From an uncultured Candidatus Saccharibacteria bacterium (GTDB lineage Bacteria > Patescibacteriota > Minisyncoccia > Phycocordibacterales > SBAW01), in contig CAZTNI010000001.1 of the NCBI GenBank assembly GCA_964615415.1, forward strand, positions 112,746-176,745: a DNA stretch of 64,000 bases, written 5' to 3'. Positions 18,915 to 27,580 of the stretch are shown here, in pieces. Within the stretch, counting starts at the first letter, position 1. Each line of letters opens with the position of its first letter. A program made the position numbers and the translations under genes. The notes below the pieces were generated by a model. That model saw nothing but the letters and a program-made list of their open reading frames with translations. It was not told the origin of the DNA and searched no databases.

Positions 18915-19982
18915 TTATTCTTTTTTAGATTCAATCTCTTTTCCCTCGAGGAGTTGCAAGGTTTTTTCGTTGCGCATCACGGTTTCAATGTGGATGCGGA
19001 CTAACTCTGGCCGAGCGTCGGGGAAGTGCTCCAGCGCGTGTGTCATTTCTGTCGCAACTTCTGCCTGGTCTGCCTCTACTTTTTCTTCGGCAGCGATTTT
19101 GTTAAGTGCCAACTGGAGCTTTGCGCGCTTTTTAGCTTGCTCGCGGAAGTCGTTACGAACATCTTCTTCAGTTTTATTCGTTTGCTGCAAGTATCCCTCG
19201 AGGGTAAGGCCGAAGCGTGATACGTCTTCGCGCATCTGATTTAAAATTTTCTCGAGTTCAGACTCTATGAATACTTTCGGAATTTCTACCTCAGTTTTTT
19301 CAAGAAGTGCGTCGACGATTTTGCCGCGGCGTGCGTCCTTTGCTTGGCGCTGCTTTTCCTCGGTAATGCCTTTTTTAATCTGCTCTTTCAAAGCGTCTGC
19401 AGATTCAAATGCGCCGATAGACTTTGCAAATTCATCAGTGAGTTCTGGAACTACTTCAGTGCCGTCTTCTGCTTTTGTTTTGCGGCTTTGGCGGAGTTGC
19501 TCAATTGTTTTCTCAACCTCTTCGTCTGTTGCAGGAAGTGCGGTTTCAAGCACTATAGGCTCGCCAATTTTTTTATAATTCTTCGGGAGTTTTACTTCAG
19601 GGTACAGTGCAGTGCGGATAACCAAAGAGACTGGGTTTCCTGGAGCAAGTTTCGTGATGTGGATGTCTGGACGCGACACAACATCGAGCTTATTTGCCTC
19701 GACAATTTCTGGGTAGAGGTCGCCCATAAGGTGCTCAACCGCTTCTTCAAGTACGGCAATTTCGCCCACTTTTTTAAGCGCCATCTCTGGCGGAACCTTT
19801 CCTTTGCGGAAGCCAGGGAGCTCGAGCGACTCTGCAATTTCAATAAGAGAGTGTTCGCGGTAGGGAGTAAGGACGTCAAAAGGCACGTCGCCAGTAATTT
19901 CTACCTCTGAGTCAGGGAGATGTTTTACTGCAAAAGCTTTGGCGAGCTCTGCGAGGTTTGTAGGCACATTTGTTACTTTCAT
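18915..19982 (-). CDS. tig: Trigger factor lacking FKBP PPIase domain
   Basis: PGFRKGKVP motif, PELTDEFAK; only 355 aa. Confidence 0.93.
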   Translation of the reverse strand: MKVTNVPTNLAELAKAFAVKHLPDSEVEITGDVPFDVLTPYREHSLIEIAESLELPGFRKGKVPPEMALKKVGEIAVLEEAVEHLMGDLYPEIVEANKLDVVSRPDIHITKLAPGNPVSLVIRTALYPEVKLPKNYKKIGEPIVLETALPATDEEVEKTIEQLRQSRKTKAEDGTEVVPELTDEFAKSIGAFESADALKEQIKKGITEEKQRQAKDARRGKIVDALLEKTEVEIPKVFIESELEKILNQMREDVSRFGLTLEGYLQQTNKTEEDVRNDFREQAKKRAKLQLALNKIAAEEKVEADQAEVATEMTHALEHFPDARPELVRIHIETVMRNEKTLQLLEGKEIESKKE

Positions 19983-20022
19983 GACTATGGGATACTACCA
20001 AGTTGACAGAGTTCTGGCAATG

Positions 20023-20190
20023 TTATGCCTGATTATAGTACTCAAGCGGTTCTGCACGCTCGAGCTCGTTTTGTGCACTCAAAAAGAAATAAATTGCGCC
20101 TCCTAAAAGAAGCATAACCACCAAAACAATTCCAAAAAATGGACCGATCGGCGCATCTTTTTGTTTTTGTGGCACAGGAGTCTGTTCCAT
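20023..20190 (-). CDS. Small membrane protein
   Basis: MEQTPVPQ...IGPFFGIVLVVMLLLGGAIYFF; TATAAT just upstream. Confidence 0.7.
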   Translation of the reverse strand: MEQTPVPQKQKDAPIGPFFGIVLVVMLLLGGAIYFFLSAQNELERAEPLEYYNQA

Positions 20191-20225
20191 GTGGGTGATT
20201 ATAGCACTTGGCGTATACCACCTAC

Positions 20226-20314
20226 GCAAAACACTCCCTTGCAAATGGTCCTCGGTTCCCCCGTATCGGCTAGAAGCCTCTCGGGCCAGACCATTTGCAA
20301 GGGAGTGTGTTTGC
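20226..20314. repeat. Palindromic repeat family A, copy 2
   Basis: GCAAAAC..GGTCCTCGGTTCCCCCGTATCGG..GGGCCAGACC..GTTTGC. Confidence 0.85.
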
Positions 20315-20321
20315 TCCGCTC

Positions 20322-20858
20322 TTACTTAGAAAACTCTTTCTTATATAACTCTACTGACTTCTGTACTGCGGCAAGAGCTTCTGCTTTGCCCATAATGCCC
20401 TTAATTTCTACTGGGGCTGGTTTACCCTTAAGTGCTTTGTAGGTTTCAAAGAAGTGTTGAAACTCCTTGAGTGAGTGTTTGTTAACATCCATGAGGTCTT
20501 GTACGTCTTCCCAGCGCTTGTCTTCAACCGGTACAGCAATAATTTTGTAGTCTGACTCACCGCCGTCTACCATGTCTATAACAGCAACAGGGCGAACCGC
20601 TACAAGTACACCAGGGTGGAGTGGGAAGGTGGTAAGCACAAGCACATCAAGAGGGTCGGCGTCGTCCCAGAGCGTTTGTGGCGCAAAGCCATAGTCAAAC
20701 GGGTAGGGAGCTGACGAGTAGTTTGCGCGGTCGAGTTTAATAAGACCAGTCTTTTTATCTACTTCGTATTTATTTGCAGAGCCCTTTGGGATCTCAATGA
20801 TGACATTAATCTCTTCTGGAGCATTGTCACCGAGCGGAACATCGTGCCACAAGTTCAT
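20322..20858 (-). CDS. ppa: Family I inorganic pyrophosphatase
   Basis: EIPKGS, KYE, YPFDYG, DADPLD. Confidence 0.96.
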   Translation of the reverse strand: MNLWHDVPLGDNAPEEINVIIEIPKGSANKYEVDKKTGLIKLDRANYSSAPYPFDYGFAPQTLWDDADPLDVLVLTTFPLHPGVLVAVRPVAVIDMVDGGESDYKIIAVPVEDKRWEDVQDLMDVNKHSLKEFQHFFETYKALKGKPAPVEIKGIMGKAEALAAVQKSVELYKKEFSK

Positions 20859-20884
20859 ACGCTTTAGTATACGTTAGTAACTAA

Positions 20885-22072
20885 TTAATTTGTTTCTTCG
20901 GGTGTTGATTCAGTTGCAGGAGTTGCAGTTTCTTCGCCGTTTTCAGTTGCGGCGGCAATGCTTTCGCCTTTCGTTGACTGGATATCGATTCTCCAGCCGG
21001 TTAGTTTTGCTGCGAGGCGTACGTTTTGTCCGCCGCGGCCGATAGCGAGGGACTGCTGGTCCTCGGCAACTTTAATAGTCGCCTTGTGTTCTGTCTCGTC
21101 GAGGTCAACAGAGAGTACACGTGCAGGGGAAAGTGCTTCCTCAATAAATGCTTTCGGGTCCTCGTTCCACTCAATAATGTCGATCTTCTCGCCACCAAGT
21201 TCTGAGGTAACGGTCGAGACGCGAACGCCGCGCTGACCAACAAGAGAACCTACTGGGTCAACATGTGGGTCGGTCGATGCAACGGCAACCTTTGAGCGTG
21301 AGCCTGCTTCGCGAGCAATTGCTTTAAAGACAACTGTGCCGTGCGCAGCTTCTGGCGCCTCCATTTCAAACAGCTTCGCGAGGAATTGAGGATGTGCGCG
21401 AGAAAGGCGGAGATAAATACCGCGAGGAGATTCCTCTACTTGGTAGAGGAGTGCGCGCAGGCGTTCGCCCTGACGGTAGCGCTCGCCCGGAATCTGCGCT
21501 TCGTAGGGGAGGATGCCTGTTGCGCGACCAAGGTCGATGTAAATATTGCCGCGTTCCATGCGCTGTACGGTGCCTGACACAATTTCGCCTTGGCGTGCGC
21601 CGTATTCTGCAACAACAGACACTTTCTCTGCTTCGCGGATTTTCTGGATGATCACCTGCTTTGCGGTCTGTGCAGCGATGCGGCCGTAGTCATCTTTCAT
21701 TTCAAGAGGGAAGACAATTTCGTCGCCGACTTTTGCATCGCGCTTAATAAACTTCGCGTCATCAAGGAGAATGTGCTGCTCTGGGTTGTAGAGCGGCTTC
21801 TCTTCTTCGCCTTCTGCTGGTTCTGGTTCGTTGTCGAGGTCTTCCTCGAAGACAACAGTCGACTTGTCTACCACGGTCTTAACCTGCGAGAACTCAGTCG
21901 TGCCGGTATTCATATCCAAATGGGCGCGGATAATCTGGCCTTTCTTTGCGTATTCCTTTTTATATGCAGTCGCGAGCGCAGCCTCAATAGCCTCGAGTAC
22001 TTTTGCACGCGGAATACCGCGCTCTTCCTCGAGTTCGCCCAAGACTGAATTCATTACTTTAAGGTCAAACAT
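20885..22072 (-). CDS. nusA: Transcription elongation factor NusA
   Basis: GRIAAQTAKQV, AREAGSRSK, AIGRGGQNVRLA. Confidence 0.98.
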   Translation of the reverse strand: MFDLKVMNSVLGELEEERGIPRAKVLEAIEAALATAYKKEYAKKGQIIRAHLDMNTGTTEFSQVKTVVDKSTVVFEEDLDNEPEPAEGEEEKPLYNPEQHILLDDAKFIKRDAKVGDEIVFPLEMKDDYGRIAAQTAKQVIIQKIREAEKVSVVAEYGARQGEIVSGTVQRMERGNIYIDLGRATGILPYEAQIPGERYRQGERLRALLYQVEESPRGIYLRLSRAHPQFLAKLFEMEAPEAAHGTVVFKAIAREAGSRSKVAVASTDPHVDPVGSLVGQRGVRVSTVTSELGGEKIDIIEWNEDPKAFIEEALSPARVLSVDLDETEHKATIKVAEDQQSLAIGRGGQNVRLAAKLTGWRIDIQSTKGESIAAATENGEETATPATESTPEETN

Positions 22073-22221
22073 ATATGATGTTGGTTGGTTTCTTAAAAAT
22101 CGAACCGCCCTTTCGGGGCGGTTTCAGATACTGAAGATAGTACCGAAACCGGCCCCATCTGTCAAATACCCTTCTATTATATATGAAAAGGCGCCTCGCA
22201 TACACGCGAGGCGCCTATTTT

Positions 22222-22413
22222 CTAAAGGTGGTATGCCAGGTGGAGGCTGATCGGCACCACAGAACATACGAGCGCTGCAAAGCCAAACACGCGAACAACG
22301 ATACTGACCCTCTTCTTGTTTCGCTTGTAGCGCGAGAAAAAATTCTCCCACGGCAGCACCATTGCAATGACGCCGACAATCAGGAGGGTAATACCCAGAA
22401 CCAGAAGCGGCAT
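22222..22413 (-). CDS. Small membrane protein
   Basis: Two TM segments, 63 aa. Confidence 0.6.
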   Translation of the reverse strand: MPLLVLGITLLIVGVIAMVLPWENFFSRYKRNKKRVSIVVRVFGFAALVCSVVPISLHLAYHL

Positions 22414-22428
22414 GTTCGCAACCTTGTT

Positions 22429-22707
22429 CTAGTGGCCAAGCAGCAATGGTATCACAAACTCCCGCAGTACTCCGCCCGAAGGGTTGGCAACCTCAAAGTA
22501 AACTGAGACCAAGAATATAATCCCTGACGCAAGGAACAGATACATTGCGAGGAGCGGTGGGCCGACATGCGACACATCATTTCCAGCAAGTCGTGCCTTC
22601 TGGAGTTGCATGCTCTTCCGCATGATGAGGAAGCAAAAGCCAACGAAACAGAGTATTTCCGCAAGGAACAATACCAGGCTTACCCAAAAGACTGTGTTAG
22701 GAGACAT
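22429..22707 (-). CDS. Small membrane protein
   Basis: GGAGG SD before MSPNTVFW; two TM segments. Confidence 0.65.
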   Translation of the reverse strand: MSPNTVFWVSLVLFLAEILCFVGFCFLIMRKSMQLQKARLAGNDVSHVGPPLLAMYLFLASGIIFLVSVYFEVANPSGGVLREFVIPLLLGH

Positions 22708-22773
22708 CGCTATTCCTCCGGTTTGTGTGAATTCGTCCGCCGTGACTATACCACTCAATGTATACTATGGCTA

Positions 22774-24444
22774 ATGCACGTTGATGAACGCGTCCTCGCG
22801 GATTTTCTTATTGATAGCGGACTTATCTCCCGCGGCACGCTTGCTGACGCGCGTTCGCGAGCAAGCGAACAAGGAGAAACGTTTTATGATGCGCTGTTAA
22901 GTGGTGGATTTGTTAGCGGCGACCACTTGCGTCGTGCGGCGGCGCACACACTTGGTGTGCCGTTTGTGATGCTTGAAGAAAGCGACATCGCACCGGAGGC
23001 ACTCGTGCTTATTCCGGAACCGCTTTCGCGTACGCACAACATAGTTGCATTTCGGGTGCACGACACAACTTTGGAAGTGGCGCTCCTGAACCTTGATGAT
23101 CTGAAATTACTCGAGTCGCTCCCTGTTGCAACAAGCTACAAACTCGCGCCGCGACTTACCACCCAACACTCTATAAAAAAGGCTCTGCTTGGCTATCAAA
23201 AGCACCTCAAGGAGAAGTTTGGCTCCTTTGCACAGCACGGCTTCCATGTTGTGGAAGGCCTTATAAAACACGCTATTTATAGTCGTGCAGGCGGCGTGCA
23301 TATAGAACCATCTACGACGGGCTTTCTTATCCGCTACCGCATCGGCGAGATGCTGCACGAAGCTATGCAGCTTCCTGAACACGTTGGCAAACTCCTGGTC
23401 GACCAACTAAAGGCGGCAGCAAAACTATTTCCCGTTGCAAGTGCGCAAGAAGGACACTTTACTATCGAACACGATAATGAAACACACACGGTGCACCTCT
23501 CCACTATGCCGATCCATAAAGGAGAGAAGTTAGTACTTCGTCTCGCAAAACAAGATGTGCATGCAAAAATAGGAAGCTTAGAGTCCCGAGGGTTTCATGG
23601 CGAAGCGCTTGAGGCGTTACACAAAGCCCTCGCGCTGCGTTCTGGACTCATTCTGGTTGCAAGCGAAGACGCAAAACACTTGCAGTCGCTGCTCTATACA
23701 CTCCTTGCTACTGCAGCACATCCGTATCGTGCCCTTGCGAGCGTGGAAGAGGGTGTGACGTTGCATTTGCCACATGTTGCACAGGGGAGCACTACCGTCT
23801 CGAAGCTTTCCTACGCAACACTCTTGCGCACGACGCTGAAACACGACCCGGATGTGGTTATGGTCAGTCGTGTGGATGAAACAGAGGTAGCGCTCCTGGT
23901 AAGCGAGGCTGCATCAAACGGCAAACTGATCATTGCGGGTATAGAAGCTCCGTCCGCGGGCAGGGCTATAGAAAAAATGCGCAACTTCGGTGTTTCACCC
24001 CTCCTTCTAGCGTCAGTAGTAAAAGTCGCAGTTGCTTCAACGATACTACGCAAGCTGTGTCCGCACTGTCGCAGTACGCACCGGCTCTCGCGCGCGGAAG
24101 GCGCCATTTTGGAAGAGCGGGCAGACTTCGGGCGCGTCTTTACTGCATTAAAAGAAGAGGGGGTGATAGACCGCGCCGCAAGCTGGAAAGAACTCGACTT
24201 TTACTGGCCGGAGGGCTGTAGCAAATGCGAGGGGGGATATATGGGCGGGGTAGGGGTAGGAGAGGCCTTGCCTATATCTCAGGTCCAAAAAGAGCTTATT
24301 TTACGAGAGATGTCGGGGGAAGACATGGCAAACCAGGCCCGGGTAGAGGGGGGTCTAAACCTCCCGGAAGACGCCCTTTTTAAGGCTGCGAGGGGGGATA
24401 CCTCTCTAGAAGAGGTGGTAGCCCTTGTGAAACGCCCGAACTAA
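22774..24444 (+). CDS. GspE/PilB-family protein with degenerate ATPase motifs
   Basis: N-terminal T2SSE domain, VHIEP, IRYRI, GEKLVLRL, LKHDPDV, CPHC/CSKC; Walker A missing. Confidence 0.85.
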   Translation: MHVDERVLADFLIDSGLISRGTLADARSRASEQGETFYDALLSGGFVSGDHLRRAAAHTLGVPFVMLEESDIAPEALVLIPEPLSRTHNIVAFRVHDTTLEVALLNLDDLKLLESLPVATSYKLAPRLTTQHSIKKALLGYQKHLKEKFGSFAQHGFHVVEGLIKHAIYSRAGGVHIEPSTTGFLIRYRIGEMLHEAMQLPEHVGKLLVDQLKAAAKLFPVASAQEGHFTIEHDNETHTVHLSTMPIHKGEKLVLRLAKQDVHAKIGSLESRGFHGEALEALHKALALRSGLILVASEDAKHLQSLLYTLLATAAHPYRALASVEEGVTLHLPHVAQGSTTVSKLSYATLLRTTLKHDPDVVMVSRVDETEVALLVSEAASNGKLIIAGIEAPSAGRAIEKMRNFGVSPLLLASVVKVAVASTILRKLCPHCRSTHRLSRAEGAILEERADFGRVFTALKEEGVIDRAASWKELDFYWPEGCSKCEGGYMGGVGVGEALPISQVQKELILREMSGEDMANQARVEGGLNLPEDALFKAARGDTSLEEVVALVKRPN

Positions 24445-24498
24445 CTAGGTTTTAAGCCAAATATCGGCTCTATAGAGCCATTTTTTATATGGAAATGC

Positions 24499-24527
24499 TT
24501 GACAAAAGCCTCCTTTGGGTGTATACT
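24499..24527 (+). promoter_or_regulatory. sigma70 promoter P1 of array
   Basis: TTGACA-17-TATACT with AT-rich upstream tract. Confidence 0.85.
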
Positions 24528-24573
24528 TAATGGGTAATAGTGTTCCTTCTATATATGTAGCTTCCGGTAGTGC

Positions 24574-24602
24574 TTGACAAAATGCGCCACCTATGATACA
24601 AT
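24574..24602 (+). promoter_or_regulatory. sigma70 promoter P2 of array
   Basis: TTGACA-17-TACAAT with extended -10 TG; TGCTTGACAAAA repeated from P1. Confidence 0.85.
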
Positions 24603-24607
24603 AGAAA

Positions 24608-25070
24608 GGTAACAGTGCAGTACGGGTTCGCTTGTACAGCAACAACTCAATAGCAAGACAATCTGAGGAGAGAGTCTTAAGGGAAGTCCAGTCTAGTAAT
24701 AGATAGGGCTCCTTAATCAATCAATTGCTTTAAACAAAGGCGATTGGCTCCTCAAACAAGGGCCAGTCGCCTTTGTTCGTTAGTAGGGACACTTCTGGAG
24801 GTAGGTCAAAAATTTTAAACCAAACCAGCCTGATCTCCAGAAGTGTCCTCGCTACGACAGTATGTGCAGTCGGTGAGTGGAGGATGGGTCTCTGACAACA
24901 AAATAGCGAATTAAGTTCAACAGGAGAAAAACTGTTGCGTAAGCAACGACTCCATATTGTTGTTCTTCTTCGCCGAGCTGACCTCACATAGGTCGGAGCG
25001 GCAAGAAGGATCGCAAATGATCCTGAAGTTCTTTTTCAACCCGCCGCTCAATGCGGCAGAGGAGATTCAG
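24608..25070 (+). ncRNA. Long structured leader / candidate ncRNA
   Basis: No long sense ORF; stems at 24677-24716, 24733-24777 (18 bp), 24787-24848 (14 bp perfect). Confidence 0.55.
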
Positions 25071-25262
25071 ATGAACAAGGCAGAGCGTGCAGTGAAGGTC
25101 CAGCTTGCGCTGGAGCTTCTCAAGAAGACTTCCATTCCGAAGGTCCGGAGAAATCCGGACCTAAACGCCTGGGTCAACACGGCTTCGCAGCTGCTCGGTC
25201 TCCGTGGCGACTCTGCCGCGGACTTCGAGAATGAGCTCGAAGTTGCGTACATTCGCAGCTAG
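25071..25262 (+). CDS. Array gene 1, small hypothetical protein
   Basis: GAGGAG SD; MNKAERAVKVQLALELL; alternative start 25017. Confidence 0.7.
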   Translation: MNKAERAVKVQLALELLKKTSIPKVRRNPDLNAWVNTASQLLGLRGDSAADFENELEVAYIRS

Positions 25263-25269
25263 GGCTCCC

Positions 25270-25382
25270 GGGCGACGCGAAAACTATCCCGCGTCGTCCA
25301 CCCATTCAAATTTTTGGACAATCGAAAATTTGAACGGGTCGCAATCAGGCGATTCCGAAACCCTCAAGGGGAGGTACGTGTC
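25270..25382 (+). promoter_or_regulatory. Array hairpin module
   Basis: GC hairpin 25270-25299, long stem 25300-25339, third hairpin, GGAGG SD. Confidence 0.75.
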
Positions 25383-25793
25383 ATGGGCTATAACGAAACC
25401 GGACGCCTCTTCGAGAGGCGAGTAATCGGTGAGTGCACGGTGTCCTACCAAGGTCACCTGTGCTGGAAGGAAGCTGCCGCGCAGGTTCGCAAGAATCAGC
25501 CGAAGCAGCTTCCGAAGAATGCCACGGACCTTCTCGCGGAGGTTCGCCGGCAGACCAAGGCCGATGTGCAGTTCTACACTGCGATCGGCAGCGCCCTGGA
25601 TTACTTTCACGGCGTTGACGGATTCTTTGAGTTTGCGGGCTTTGTGGTGACGATCGACGTTACCAAGAACCCGCACAAGGATTGTGGGAAGGCCAACATG
25701 GTCGTCTGCGAAGACGATCTTGAAGATCTTCCTGCGCTTGCGGGCCGCGTGGTCCGCGAGTTTGTAACGCAAGCGAGGAGAGCAGGAATATAA
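25383..25793 (+). CDS. Array gene 2, possible PD-(D/E)xK-like protein
   Basis: GGAGGT SD; LDYFHGVDGFF...TIDVTKN. Confidence 0.7.
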   Translation: MGYNETGRLFERRVIGECTVSYQGHLCWKEAAAQVRKNQPKQLPKNATDLLAEVRRQTKADVQFYTAIGSALDYFHGVDGFFEFAGFVVTIDVTKNPHKDCGKANMVVCEDDLEDLPALAGRVVREFVTQARRAGI

Positions 25794-25795
25794 AA

Positions 25796-26047
25796 ATGAA
25801 AAACCGCAAACCTCGCGCGGCGTTTCTGTTTGAATGCCGACGATGCGGGGGGCAGTACCCCGTCTCCAAAAAGACGGCGGAGCAGTTCCTCTCCAAGGAA
25901 TTGCGAAAAAAGCTCAAACACGCTCTTGGTCATGAAGGAGCTGTGGGAGCCGTTCTAACGTTTAAGAACGGATGTCCCCAGTGCGTCCCGGAAAATCTTG
26001 AGGCAGTAGTTGAGCTTTCGGTCCTAGAGCCGAAACAAACGCACTAA
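25796..26047 (+). CDS. Array gene 3, CxxC/CxxC zinc-binding protein
   Basis: CRRC ... CPQC; starts 2 nt after gene 2. Confidence 0.75.
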   Translation: MKNRKPRAAFLFECRRCGGQYPVSKKTAEQFLSKELRKKLKHALGHEGAVGAVLTFKNGCPQCVPENLEAVVELSVLEPKQTH

Positions 26048-26048
26048 C

Positions 26049-26125
26049 GAGGCGAGCAGCAATGCTCGCCTCCTCTATAACCCAGCTGACACCCTGTTGG
26101 CTGGATTTCGAGGAGACTGCCAGAC
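26049..26125 (+). promoter_or_regulatory. Array hairpin module (SD sequestered)
   Basis: GAGGCGAGC-AGCAAT-GCTCGCCTC, then stem whose base CTCCTC pairs with SD GAGGAG. Confidence 0.7.
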
Positions 26126-26272
26126 ATGATCATGACCGAGGTTCTCATTCTGAACCCCCGCCGCTGCAAGTGCCGCTGGCACCGTTTCAAGACGGTGTAC
26201 TGCCACGAGGCGCCGGCGTTGGCCCAGCTCCTGCGGGAGATGGGCTACCAGGCCAGGCTTCGCCTCGCTTAG
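26126..26272 (+). CDS. Array gene 4, 48-aa Cys/His-containing peptide
   Basis: MIMTEVLILNPRRCKCRWHRFKTVYCHEAPALAQLLREMGYQARLRLA with SD; below ORF-track cutoff. Confidence 0.6.
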   Translation: MIMTEVLILNPRRCKCRWHRFKTVYCHEAPALAQLLREMGYQARLRLA

Positions 26273-26290
26273 TACACAAATGGTTTGGAT

Positions 26291-26395
26291 GGGACGAGCG
26301 CGTAATTGCTCGCCCCACCAATTAAGTTTTTTACACAGGTAGAAAATTTAATTGGTCATCATTCGATGGCTGATTGTTCAAACGGAGGAAGTGTA
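26291..26395 (+). promoter_or_regulatory. Array hairpin module
   Basis: Hairpin 26291-26316, stem ACCAATTAAGTTTT/AAAATTTAATTGGT, GTTCAA, GGAGG. Confidence 0.8.
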
Positions 26396-26797
26396 ATGAT
26401 CAAGTTTCTTGGAATTTTGATTCTCGCGCTCAGTGCCAACATGTTCTTCGTCCTCGTGTTCGACCCGCAGGGCATGTCGGCCGAGGGCTACATCCTCGGC
26501 TGGGGCATGACCCTGGCGGCGATTTTCGCTGGCCCGGCGACCTGGCGCATGGCTGGGGGACACGCTCCTGTAGAGGGGTGGGGAGTCGCGTTCCTCGCTA
26601 TCTCCCTCTGCGTCACCGCAATCAGTGTCTACCTGTTCGTGGATGTCGCGATGCTTGCGAGGACTGCCGAGACTGAGGCTTCCATCGTCCTCGGCGTGTT
26701 CGCCGCCATGCTGGCGGGCCTCGGACTGCTCATGGCCCATCTGGCTCAGAAGCTCATGGCGGACAGCATCAACGAGCCCGCCACTTCCAACACGTAA
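26396..26797 (+). CDS. Array gene 5, 4-TM membrane protein
   Basis: MIKFLGILILALS..., SD, four hydrophobic segments. Confidence 0.8.
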   Translation: MIKFLGILILALSANMFFVLVFDPQGMSAEGYILGWGMTLAAIFAGPATWRMAGGHAPVEGWGVAFLAISLCVTAISVYLFVDVAMLARTAETEASIVLGVFAAMLAGLGLLMAHLAQKLMADSINEPATSNT

Positions 26798-26815
26798 CGG
26801 CAACAAGCCGTTCAA

Positions 26816-26934
26816 GAGGCAAGCGTTCGCGCTTGCCTCACTATCTAAGTTCTTATCTCGTCATCAAGACGGATGAGAGTTTAGATAGGACCGCAAATCA
26901 GTTGTGGTCCTGAAGTTCAACAAGGAGAGAAGCG
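26816..26934 (+). promoter_or_regulatory. Array hairpin module
   Basis: GAGGCAAGCG-TTCG-CGCTTGCCTC; CTATCTAAG..TTTAGATAG; GGACCGCAA..TTGTGGTCC; GTTCAA; AGGAG. Confidence 0.85.
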
Positions 26935-27102
26935 ATGTGGATTCTTCTTACGCTCGCAGCTTGCGTGTTTGCCTACGCGGGCAAGCATCCGGATACCTTC
27001 GGACTGGCGCATGACGACTCTTTTCTGATGTATGTGATCGCAGTCGTTTTCGTCCTCTGGGCGATCATGGCTGCCATCACCGCTTCCGTACGGAAGTGGT
27101 GA
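26935..27102 (+). CDS. Array gene 6, 55-aa membrane protein
   Basis: MWILLTLAACVFAYAGKHPD...YVIAVVFVLWAIMAAITASVRKW with SD. Confidence 0.7.
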   Translation: MWILLTLAACVFAYAGKHPDTFGLAHDDSFLMYVIAVVFVLWAIMAAITASVRKW

Positions 27103-27110
27103 CCAACCAA

Positions 27111-27218
27111 GGAGCAAGCGCAAATGCTTGCTCCACTATTTAAGTTTTTCAGTGAATGGAAAATTTAAATAGGACCGCAAATCATTTGTGGTCCGATGGT
27201 TCAACCAAGGAGAGTGCA
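27111..27218 (+). promoter_or_regulatory. Array hairpin module
   Basis: GGAGCAAGC-GCAAAT-GCTTGCTCC; CTATTTAAG..TTTAAATAG; GGACCGCAA..TTGTGGTCC; GTTCAA; AGGAG. Confidence 0.85.
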
Positions 27219-27560
27219 ATGACTGTTCTGAAGATTGTTGTTCTGTTCATCCTGCAGGCCGTCGCTTTTGTTGCGTATGTGGCGGCGGGGTTTGCTGCTG
27301 TGTTTCTCGTTCTGGCGGCTATCGGGTCTGTCGTTCATCTGATCGGCAACCAGGACCAGATCGACGAGCTGCAGGCATGGCTCGTGTTCTTCGCCTACAT
27401 CGGCGCGTTCGCGGTGATCGCGACCGTCGGGAACTTCCTCGACGCGCTGTTTTCCGCTTGCGATGCCGAGCGCAAGGCGATCATCGTTCGGTGGAAGTAC
27501 GACCGTCAGACGCGGCGGCTCTACCCGAACGCTGGCAAGCCGAGCCTCGACTTCCGCTAA
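27219..27560 (+). CDS. Array gene 7, membrane protein
   Basis: MTVLKIVVLFILQAV..., hydrophobic, SD. Confidence 0.8.
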   Translation: MTVLKIVVLFILQAVAFVAYVAAGFAAVFLVLAAIGSVVHLIGNQDQIDELQAWLVFFAYIGAFAVIATVGNFLDALFSACDAERKAIIVRWKYDRQTRRLYPNAGKPSLDFR

Positions 27561-27580
27561 CTACAAGCGGGAGTACAATT

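Noticed and set aside
24660-24920. RNase P RNA, suggested by GGGAAGTCC
   Set aside because: The motif sits inside a local hairpin and I could not find the 3' P4 partner (ACAGAA..CGGCTTA). No tmRNA or SRP hallmarks were seen either.
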